NCBI RefSeq assembly: GCF_000441555.1
Contig: NC_021885.1
Location: 420,001-452,000, forward strand
DNA length: 32,000 nt
Reading direction: 5' to 3'
DNA from: Candidatus Profftella armatura
GTDB taxonomy: Bacteria; Pseudomonadota; Gammaproteobacteria; Burkholderiales; Burkholderiaceae
Shown here: piece after piece, positions 9,798-18,034 of the stretch
Numbering within the stretch: the stretch's first letter is position 1
Layout of the letters: every line of letters starts with the position of its first letter
The notes under the pieces: generated by a model
What the model was told of the DNA's origin: nothing
Database searches by the model: none
The model's input: the letters and a program-made list of their open reading frames with translations, nothing else
Position numbers and translations under genes: made by a program

Positions 9798-10417
9798 TAA
9801 TATCTCTCTAAATTTTAAATATAGTTGATTCATAATGTATCATAGGATAGAAAATTTATATAAAATAATACACTTAAGTTTCCATTTTTTTATTGATTAC
9901 AAACATACTCTACTCCTATCTTAAACCATAGATTTTCATATTTTAAATCGTTCTTTACTTAAATTTTTGACATAAATAAAATTAATTTATATACTCGTAT
10001 CATAATATATTTTGATTTTATTCTTTCTTTTTTCTAATTTTAAATCATAGATAATTAAAGTCTATAAATTATCTGTATTATTTATTTCTATTTTTACAAA
10101 AAATATATTATTACAATCTTAAATATTTTTCTTCCAATATCTTTTAATTGAATTAATGAAGTATTTCCAATGGTAAATAAGAAATATTTAAATTTTTTAT
10201 TTATTATTTTATTATTACTTGAAAAGTAATATTAAATTTTTTATTTAAAATAAGAATATTATATTTTTTGAAATATTTTTAAAATTTTTATTAATAAAGA
10301 AAAAATTTTTTAATAAAAATTAAATATGTTTTTAAAAAAACAATATAAAATTTTTAATTTTTCAGGTACTTTATAAATATTTAATAATAGTATTTAATTC
10401 AATATTATTTATAAACA

Positions 10418-10490
10418 TGGCCTAGGGCGGAATTGAACCGCCGACACAAGGATTTTCAGTCCTTTGCTCTACCAACTGAGCTACCAGGCC
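10418..10490 (-). tRNA. tRNA-Phe (anticodon GAA)
   Basis: The reverse complement GGCCTGGTAGCTCAGTTGGTAGAGCAAAGGACTGAAAATCCTTGTGTCGGCGGTTCAATTCCGCCCTAGGCCA gives a 73-nt cloverleaf. CCA is not encoded. Confidence 0.95.
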
Positions 10491-10912
10491 AAAAAACAAT
10501 TTTTATATAATATAGTATAACTAATTTTTTTTAAAGTATAAATAGTTTATTAAATATTTTTTCAATAAATAAAAAAATGATTTTTATTATTAAATAAAAT
10601 TAAATTAGAATTTAATTCTAAACTGCCATTTTTTTTATTTATAGTTATTAAATAACCATAATATAAATTTAGATTACACTTATCTTGAACCTGTTTCAAA
10701 ACATATTCCAATGTTTAATTTGTTTGTTTTTAATTAGTTACTTTAGTTTAAATAACTTTTACAGATGATTATAAAAAATCCATTGAATATTTATTTATTT
10801 TACAGTATGATTAAAAATTACTATATTGAAAATATTTCAAATTTAAATTATTTAAAAAATATAAATAAATTAATTATATTTACTAATTTACTTAAAATTT
10901 AAATTTTTAAAG

Positions 10913-10985
10913 GGGGTGTTAGCTCAGTTGGTAGAGCAGCGGACTCTTAATCCGTAGGTCGAGTGTTCGAATCACTCACGCCTCA
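10913..10985 (+). tRNA. tRNA-Lys (anticodon CTT)
   Basis: GGGGTGTTAGCTCAGTTGGTAGAGCAGCGGACTCTTAATCCGTAGGTCGAGTGTTCGAATCACTCACGCCTCA gives a 73-nt cloverleaf with T-loop TTCGAAT. CCA is not encoded. Confidence 0.95.
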
Positions 10986-11017
10986 AATATTTTACAAAAA
11001 ATAAAAATTACAAAATA

Positions 11018-11899
11018 CTATTCTTTTAATAAATTTTTCATTTTTTTAAAAGCAACTGTTTCAATTTGACGAATACGTTCAGCAGATACACTAAATTCTT
11101 TAGCCAACTCATGTAATGTAGCGACTGAATTATTTTCAACTAACCAACGTGCTTCTACAATTCTACGTGAGCGTATATCCAACTTATTTAATGCACTTTT
11201 TAATTTTTTTAATTGAAATCTATTATATTGTAATGATTCTATTATTTTTATAGGTTCAGTAATTTCTGTAGATAAATAAAAAATTAAAGGCAGTTTATCA
11301 TAATTATTATATAAATAATCCATTTCTATATCTTTTCCAGATAATCTTGTTTCCATTTCAATTATATCTTTTCGTTTGACGTCTAATGTTTTAGCTAATA
11401 AATCTATTTTTTTTAAATTCATTGAATTTAAATTTTCTTTATAATTACGTAGATTAAAAAATAATTTACGTTGTGATTTAGTTGTTGCTATTTTAACTAA
11501 ACGAGAATTTTTTAAAATATATTCATGTATTTCGGCTCTAATCCAATGTATAGCATAAGACGCCAATCGAACACCTTGATCAGGGTTAAAACGCTTAACC
11601 GCTTTCATTAAACCAATATTTCCCTCTTGAATTAAATCAGAATGTAAAAAACTATAACCTAAATATCTTTTTGAAATTGAAACCACTAATCTTAAGTGAG
11701 ATAATATCATTTTTTGTGCAGCATTTAAATTATTTGTTTTTTGTAAATCATAAGCTAAAGATATTTCTTCGTTATAAGATAAAATTGGTAGATTATTTAC
11801 TGTTTTAATATATTTATCAATATTACCTAAAGTACCAAAAAATTTACAAGCTAAATAACTATTATTAATAATAAGAGAATTATTAGTTATATATTTCAT
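11018..11899 (-). CDS. rpoH: RNA polymerase sigma-32 (heat-shock sigma factor)
   Basis: 293 aa. Region 2 is [40 protein letters not shown]. The RpoH box is QRKLFFNLR. Region 4.2 is TLHELAKEFSVSAERIRQIE. Confidence 0.9.
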   Translation of the reverse strand: MKYITNNSLIINNSYLACKFFGTLGNIDKYIKTVNNLPILSYNEEISLAYDLQKTNNLNAAQKMILSHLRLVVSISKRYLGYSFLHSDLIQEGNIGLMKAVKRFNPDQGVRLASYAIHWIRAEIHEYILKNSRLVKIATTKSQRKLFFNLRNYKENLNSMNLKKIDLLAKTLDVKRKDIIEMETRLSGKDIEMDYLYNNYDKLPLIFYLSTEITEPIKIIESLQYNRFQLKKLKSALNKLDIRSRRIVEARWLVENNSVATLHELAKEFSVSAERIRQIETVAFKKMKNLLKE

Positions 11900-12018
11900 T
11901 AAAATTCCTTATTTTATAAAAAAATATTAATTTTTAGCTTTTTAAAAAAGAATTTAATTATAAGATTATAATTAAATAAGTAGTTTATTTTTTATAAATA
12001 AAAAATTTATATTTTAAT

Positions 12019-12603
12019 TTAATATTTAGGGTTTAAATTTTTAGATTCACTCCATAATCTATCAAATTCTAGTAGAAATTTTTCAGAAACATTTGGTTTA
12101 TTTCGAAAATAAATTACATTTTCCGCATTACGATTCATTGCATTTTGTGTATAATTTAAAGATCCAGTTTCAACAGATTTATGGTCAATAATTATAAATT
12201 TATTATGCATGATTGCATAATTATTATTTAATCTTATTGGTATATTATTATTCGCCAAATAAGTTACAGCAGTATATTTGCCACTATTAGCTTTTTTATC
12301 AGCAATTATTCGTATATTAATTCCCTTTTTATAAGACTTAACAAGAATTTTTGCGATATCTTTATTTGTAAAAGAATATGCCGCAATTTCAATTGATTTT
12401 TTTGCTTCTTGAATTGCATTTAAAACGATTTTTTTTGCATTTCCTGGTGAAAAACCAACTTCTATATTATTATTATGATTAAAAAAATTAGAATTACTAA
12501 AAATAGGTAATGTTAAAAAAAAAATTAAAAGAATAATTGTTATTTTTTTAATTATTTTATTTGAAGATGTTAAATTTTTAATTTTTTTTTTTAAAATAGA
12601 CAT
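12019..12603 (-). CDS. Single-HKD phospholipase D superfamily protein, Nuc-like (putative exported nuclease or phosphodiesterase)
   Basis: 194 aa. The N-terminal hydrophobic segment (ITIILLIFFLTLPIFS) is signal-peptide-like. There is one complete HKD motif, HNKFIIIDHKSVETGSLN (HxKxxxxDx6GSxN). Confidence 0.75.
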   Translation of the reverse strand: MSILKKKIKNLTSSNKIIKKITIILLIFFLTLPIFSNSNFFNHNNNIEVGFSPGNAKKIVLNAIQEAKKSIEIAAYSFTNKDIAKILVKSYKKGINIRIIADKKANSGKYTAVTYLANNNIPIRLNNNYAIMHNKFIIIDHKSVETGSLNYTQNAMNRNAENVIYFRNKPNVSEKFLLEFDRLWSESKNLNPKY

Positions 12604-12669
12604 TTTTAAAATTTATAAATTAATTTATTAAAAGAATAATTTTTGAATTTTTTAAAAAATTTATAAAAA

Positions 12670-12930
12670 CTATTTTGTAGTTCTTGATCCTATAGCCCCA
12701 TATTTTCTTCTAAATTTTTCTACACGCCCAGTTGAATCAACTATTTTATGTTTTCCCGTATAAAATGGATGTGATTCTGATGATATTTCAATTTTTACAA
12801 GAGGATATATTTTTCCTTGAAATTCAATAGTATTAGATGTTTTAATAGTTGATCGAATAATAAATTTAGCATCATTTGAAATATCATGAAAAAGTGTTTC
12901 TATGTATTTTGGATGAATATTTTTTTTCAT
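12670..12930 (-). CDS. rpmE2: 50S ribosomal protein L31, type B (no zinc-binding cysteines)
   Basis: 86 aa. MKKNIHPKY...SHPFYTGK...[11 protein letters not shown] matches L31. The sequence contains no Cys at all, hence type B. Confidence 0.9.
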   Translation of the reverse strand: MKKNIHPKYIETLFHDISNDAKFIIRSTIKTSNTIEFQGKIYPLVKIEISSESHPFYTGKHKIVDSTGRVEKFRRKYGAIGSRTTK

Positions 12931-12940
12931 ATTTTTATAA

Positions 12941-13132
12941 AGTATAATTTTGTAAAGTTTTAAATTAAGGATATAATTTGTAAAGTTTTAAAGGATATAA
13001 TTTTGTAAAGTTTTAAATTAAGGATATAATTTGTAAAGTTTTAAAGGATATAATTTTGTAAAGTTTTAAATTAAGGATATAATTTTGTAAAGTTTTAAAT
13101 TAAGGATATAATTTTGTAGAATTTTAAATTAA
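12941..13132. repeat. Tandem repeat array, ~7 units of 24 or 29 bp (GGATATAATT(T)TGTAAAGTTTTAAA(TTAA))
   Basis: Units start at 12941, 12969, 12993, 13022, 13046, 13075 and 13104. The first four form two copies of a 53-bp (29+24) higher-order unit. The last unit is degenerate (GTAGAA instead of GTAAAG). There are no unique spacers between units. Confidence 0.9.
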
Positions 13133-13162
13133 AACAATTATTTAATAATATTTATGATTTAT

Positions 13163-14320
13163 TTAGCCTTGTTTCATCATATTAAAAAATTCAAAGTTAT
13201 TTTTTGTTGATTTCATTTTATCCAAAAAAAATTCCATTGCCTCAATTTCATCCATACTATATAACAATTTTCGTAATACCCAAATTTTTTGTAATTTATC
13301 ATCCTGAATTAATAATTCTTCACGACGAGTACCGGATTTATTTAAATTTATAGCAGGATAGACTCTTTTTTCTGCTAAACGACGTTCTAAATGAACTTCC
13401 ATATTACCTGTTCCTTTAAATTCCTCATATATAACATCATCCATTCGACTACCAGTTTCAATTAATGCGGTTGCAATAATAGTTAATGAACCGCCTTCTT
13501 CAATATTTCGTGCTGCCCCAAAAAAACGTTTTGGTCTTTGTAATGCATTAGAATCTACTCCTCCTGTAAGTACTTTTCCAGATGCTGGAATAACTGTATT
13601 ATAAGCTCGCGCTAATCTAGTAATTGAATCTAATAAAATTATTACATCTTTTTTCATCTCAACTAAACGTTTCGCTTTTTCTAAAACCATTTCAGCTACT
13701 TGCACATGACGATAAGCAGGCTCATCAAAAGTTGATGCAATAACTTCTCCTCTTACAGAACGTTGCATTTCTGTTACTTCCTCGGGTCTTTCGTCAATTA
13801 ACATTACAATCATTATAGCTTCTGAATGATTAGTAGTAATTGCATGAGCAATATGTTGCAATATTATAGATTTTCCGGATTTTGGTGACGCAACTAGTAA
13901 ACCACGTTGACCTTTTCCAATAGGCGCTATTAAATCAATAATTCTTCCAGTAATATTTTCTTTACTTTCTATATTTCGCTCTAATAATAATAATTTTTTC
14001 GGATGTAATGGAGTTAAATTATCAAATAAAGTTCTATTTTTTGATAATTCAGGTTTTTCACCATTAACTTTCTTAATTTTTAATAAAGCAAAATAACGCT
14101 CTCCATTCTTTGGAACTCTTATTTCACCTTCCACAAAATCCCCGGTATGTAAATTGAATCGACGTATTTGAGATGGTGATAAATATATATCATCTGAAGA
14201 TGCCATATAATTACTACCTTGTGAACGTAAAAATCCAAAACCATCTGGCAAAACTTCCAATGAACCATCACCAAATATTCTTTCTCCAATTTTTGTTTTT
14301 TTTTTAAAAATTGCAAACAT
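13163..14320 (-). CDS. rho: Transcription termination factor Rho (as called from the first ATG; N-terminal ~34 residues missing relative to canonical Rho, see findings)
   Basis: 385 aa. Motifs: [32 protein letters not shown], Walker [50 protein letters not shown]. The gene lies downstream of trxA, as in many proteobacteria. Confidence 0.9.
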   Translation of the reverse strand: MFAIFKKKTKIGERIFGDGSLEVLPDGFGFLRSQGSNYMASSDDIYLSPSQIRRFNLHTGDFVEGEIRVPKNGERYFALLKIKKVNGEKPELSKNRTLFDNLTPLHPKKLLLLERNIESKENITGRIIDLIAPIGKGQRGLLVASPKSGKSIILQHIAHAITTNHSEAIMIVMLIDERPEEVTEMQRSVRGEVIASTFDEPAYRHVQVAEMVLEKAKRLVEMKKDVIILLDSITRLARAYNTVIPASGKVLTGGVDSNALQRPKRFFGAARNIEEGGSLTIIATALIETGSRMDDVIYEEFKGTGNMEVHLERRLAEKRVYPAINLNKSGTRREELLIQDDKLQKIWVLRKLLYSMDEIEAMEFFLDKMKSTKNNFEFFNMMKQG

Positions 14321-14647
14321 TAATTCCTGCTTACGTAAACGTTTAACACTATTAACTTCTAAATCAATTGCTATTTTTAAACCATAAAATGTAATATTTT
14401 AAATTTAGATATTTTTTAATTTTTTACTTTTAATAATATAAAATAACTTTTAAATAAAAAATAATGGGTATAATAAAATATGTATTAAATTAAATAATAT
14501 AATTGAGTAATATTTTATGATGTATTGCATTATAAATATAGATTAAATGAAATGATATATTATCAGTAATGTGTTATAAATATGTTATAAGTGATATACT
14601 AATATATTAAAATGAATAAATTTTAAATTTTATATCAATAAAAGAAT

Positions 14648-14974
14648 TTAGATATTATTATCAATAAAAGAAATTAATTCATTCTTTGTTAAAGATCCTA
14701 CTTTTTGTGCAATATTTTTTCCATTTTTAAATAAAATTAATGTTGGAATTCCTCTAATATTAAATTTTTCTGGGACAATTTTATTTAAATCAACATTTAT
14801 TTTAACAATTTTTATTTTATTTATGTATTTTTTGCTAATCTCATCAAGAATTATTGAAACTGTTTTGCAAGGGACACACCATCCCGCCCAGAAATCCACT
14901 AATACAGGTAATTTTGATTTTAATACATCCTTATCGAAAGATGTATCATTAATATCTTTGATATATTTAGTCAT
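14648..14974 (-). CDS. trxA: Thioredoxin (active site WCVPC instead of WCGPC)
   Basis: 108 aa. Motifs: VLVDFWAGWCVPCK...IRGIPTLILFKNG. The fold pattern is that of Trx1. Confidence 0.9.
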   Translation of the reverse strand: MTKYIKDINDTSFDKDVLKSKLPVLVDFWAGWCVPCKTVSIILDEISKKYINKIKIVKINVDLNKIVPEKFNIRGIPTLILFKNGKNIAQKVGSLTKNELISFIDNNI

Positions 14975-15267
14975 TATTCTTTCTAATATTGTATTTATTT
15001 TTGATTTATTTAATATATAATTTTTAAAATTTAAATTATATTATTCATTAATTTAAATATTATTTTATAATTTAGAAATTATATTTAAGAATTTCATATA
15101 TACAATACACAATACCATTACATATTTTTTATGTATACATGGTCATTTCGTACATATGCATTACTAATGTAATGTACAACTATTATAAAATATAAATTTA
15201 AATTTTTTAAAATATTATTTTCATTTACATTTTTTCTAAAAACTTAAATTTTATCATATTTATATTT

Positions 15268-18009
15268 ATGTTACATCCAGCATTAAGAATTACTCCATCA
15301 GCTTTATTTTGGTTCGATTCTGTTAAACAAATAATAAAACATTGTGAAAATTTAAAAATAATTTCACCTAAAAAATATGATTTTTCATCTCTTCGTATCA
15401 TAGTTCCAAATACTCTTCATATTCAATATTTTAAAAAAGCATTTAATAAATTTTTTTCCTTTAAAAATTATATATCTCCATTTATTGGAACATTTGATAA
15501 TTGGTTAAAATTACATATATCTAATTTTGATATTTTTTTTCCAATTCAAAACCATGAAAAATTACTATATTTATATTTAAAATTACAAAAAAATTATTTA
15601 TTTAAAAAAAATAATATGATCAATAAAATTGATTTATTAATATTTTCTAAAGAATTAATTAAATTATTTCATGAATTAAATCAAATGTTATTACCATCAA
15701 TTTATAAACTAGATAAAATTAAAATTCGTTGGAAATCAGCTTTAAATTTTTTATCACCATTTGTTTATACTATATTAAAAGATGAAATTGAATTAATATG
15801 GTCAATTTGGTGTTATCAAATTAAAAATGATGAATCAGTATGGCGATTTATGAATATAAAAAAATTAATAGTTGAAGTAGAAATGCCATTAATTTGGTTT
15901 ACCTCTATTCAACCATCTCCAATTGAAATAAATTTTTTAAATAATTATGGCAAAAATTGCTCTGTATTACCAATAATAATAGATTGGTCTAAAATACCAT
16001 ATTTATATTTTAAAGCCTGGCCGGAAATTCAATTATCAAAAACTGAATTTACCATAACTAAAAAATTTATATCTCCTTTATATATTAATGATAAAAATAT
16101 TGATGTGCCATCAAATTTATCAATTTGTCCTTGTAACAATTTAGAAGATATTGCTACACAAGTATCCCAAAATATTATCAATTTATTAATTTTAGGTTAT
16201 AAAAAAATTGCTATTATTGAATTAGATAGTCTAGTAATTAGCAGAATCTGTTCTTTATTGAAGCGATCAAAAATTTTTGTTTTTAATACGGTAGGATGCA
16301 AATTATCGAGAACTAGTGCAGCAGCTTTTTTGACTAATTTTTTTAATGTAATAGATGAACCTCGAAAAGCCAATAAATTTTTAATTTTTTTAAAATCACC
16401 ATATATATTAAATGATATTTTAGATAAAAATAATTATATATCAATAATTGAATCAATTTGTCGTGATACTATTATTTTTAATAACTTATATTTTGCCCTT
16501 AAAAAATTAAAAAATATTAATTTAGATTTATATAAATTAATACAAAAAATAGTAAATAAATATAAAAAATTACATATTAAATCTTATTCTATCTCAAAAT
16601 GGAATTCTATAATTTTAAAATTTTTTTTAGAATTAGGTATTAATGAAGCACTAGACACAAATGAATCTGGAAAACTTGTATTAAAAATTTTATCAAATAT
16701 ATATAAAAATACAGATTTATTATTTACATTTTCTGAATATAGAAAATTTATTGAATTACAAATGGATATGACAAAATTTATATCAAAATCAGATGATAAT
16801 CGTGTTACTATATTATCGATAAATGATATATATTTGTTGCGTTTTGATGCTGTATTCATAGTTGGAATTGATATTGATAATTTTCCTTCATTAGTAAAGG
16901 AAACTTTATTTTTTTCAAATATATTTAGAAAAAAATTAAAATTAAATACAAATTATTCTTTACGTCAAAAACAATTACGTGAATTAACAGAACTATTATG
17001 TTGTTGTAAAAAAGTTATATTATTTTGGCAAATATATAAAAATTCAGAATTAAATTTCATTAGCCCTTTAATTGAACGCTTACAATTAATATTAAATATA
17101 TATAAAAAAAAATTAAAAAAACATCGTTCCAAAATAAATTTGTATGATATAAAATCAATTCCTATACTTCCTCCTCTTCCAAATTGTGGTGAATTACTTC
17201 CTTATAAAATATCTATTACTAGTTATAATAATTTCATAGAATGCCCTTATAAATTTTTTGCGCAACATATGCTTAATTTAAATTCCATTAATAACTTTTA
17301 TAATATTCCTCAAAAATACCATTACGGAAATTGGGTGCATAAAATTCTTTTTTTATATCATAGTCATTTAAATAATGTAAAAAAATTAATTTCTTTAGAT
17401 AAACGTTTTGAATTATTAAATTTAATTTCTAAAAAAATATTTAAAGAAGTTTTAAAAATTTGTCCAGTTTCTTTAAATTACTACATTTCTTGGAAAAAAT
17501 CAATTCCATACTATTTAAAATGGTCTAATTCTCATGAATATTCTGGTTGGAATTTTGTGTCCGGAGAAAAGAAATATAAAAAAACTTTATTTTTATTTAA
17601 TAACAAAAAAATAGTATTATATGGTCGTATTGATCGTATTGATAAAAATATAGATGATCAATATTTAATATTAGATTACAAAACTAGCGACTATAATTCT
17701 TTAAGAAAAAAAATACATAATAATAAGGATTATCAATTAATACTTTATAAATTTTTATTAGAAAAAAATATAAAGATCCCTAAATACAATGCTCAATATA
17801 TTGTATTAAACAATAAGCAAATAAAAATAATAGATATCCCTAAAAATATATTAAATTCCGTCACAACAGAAAAACTAATATCAAAAATAAAAAAACAAAT
17901 ATATTCAATTGCAACCGGAGCATCATTACCTGCTTTAGGTATTGAATCAATTTGTCGTTTTTGTAATATGAAAGGTTTATGTAGAAAAAAAGAATGGTTA
18001 ATAAATTAG
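15268..18009 (+). CDS. addB: AddB-type helicase-nuclease subunit (PD-(D/E)XK nuclease with Fe-S cysteine cluster; no Walker A seen)
   Basis: 913 aa. The C-terminal nuclease domain has a first Cys in FIECPYKFFAQHML, the motif GRIDRIDKN...LILDYKTS, and a terminal CRFCNMKGLC (CxxCx5C). Together these give the 4-Cys AddB arrangement. The gene is directly upstream of the UvrD-like addA. Confidence 0.8.
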   Translation: MLHPALRITPSALFWFDSVKQIIKHCENLKIISPKKYDFSSLRIIVPNTLHIQYFKKAFNKFFSFKNYISPFIGTFDNWLKLHISNFDIFFPIQNHEKLLYLYLKLQKNYLFKKNNMINKIDLLIFSKELIKLFHELNQMLLPSIYKLDKIKIRWKSALNFLSPFVYTILKDEIELIWSIWCYQIKNDESVWRFMNIKKLIVEVEMPLIWFTSIQPSPIEINFLNNYGKNCSVLPIIIDWSKIPYLYFKAWPEIQLSKTEFTITKKFISPLYINDKNIDVPSNLSICPCNNLEDIATQVSQNIINLLILGYKKIAIIELDSLVISRICSLLKRSKIFVFNTVGCKLSRTSAAAFLTNFFNVIDEPRKANKFLIFLKSPYILNDILDKNNYISIIESICRDTIIFNNLYFALKKLKNINLDLYKLIQKIVNKYKKLHIKSYSISKWNSIILKFFLELGINEALDTNESGKLVLKILSNIYKNTDLLFTFSEYRKFIELQMDMTKFISKSDDNRVTILSINDIYLLRFDAVFIVGIDIDNFPSLVKETLFFSNIFRKKLKLNTNYSLRQKQLRELTELLCCCKKVILFWQIYKNSELNFISPLIERLQLILNIYKKKLKKHRSKINLYDIKSIPILPPLPNCGELLPYKISITSYNNFIECPYKFFAQHMLNLNSINNFYNIPQKYHYGNWVHKILFLYHSHLNNVKKLISLDKRFELLNLISKKIFKEVLKICPVSLNYYISWKKSIPYYLKWSNSHEYSGWNFVSGEKKYKKTLFLFNNKKIVLYGRIDRIDKNIDDQYLILDYKTSDYNSLRKKIHNNKDYQLILYKFLLEKNIKIPKYNAQYIVLNNKQIKIIDIPKNILNSVTTEKLISKIKKQIYSIATGASLPALGIESICRFCNMKGLCRKKEWLIN

Positions 18010-18034
18010 TAATTAAAATAATAAAAATAAAATA

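Noticed and set aside
10913-10985. Identical anticodon arm (GCGGA-CTCNTAA-TCCGT) shared by tRNA-Lys(CTT) and the intron-containing tRNA(CAT), as a hint of anticodon-shift or tRNA remoulding
   Set aside because: The acceptor and T arms differ completely. The shared part is a 5-bp stem plus generally conserved loop and D-arm bases, so coincidence is plausible. It would need a genome-wide tRNA comparison.
12941-13132. CRISPR interpretation of the tandem array
   Set aside because: The units abut directly with no unique spacers. The unit length (24-29 bp) with no intervening sequence, and the absence of any cas gene, do not fit a CRISPR array.
14119-15020. ORFs 14119-14316 (-) and 14823-15020 (+)
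   Set aside because: The first is an alternative frame inside rho, and the second is antisense to trxA. Both are explained by the conserved overlapping genes.
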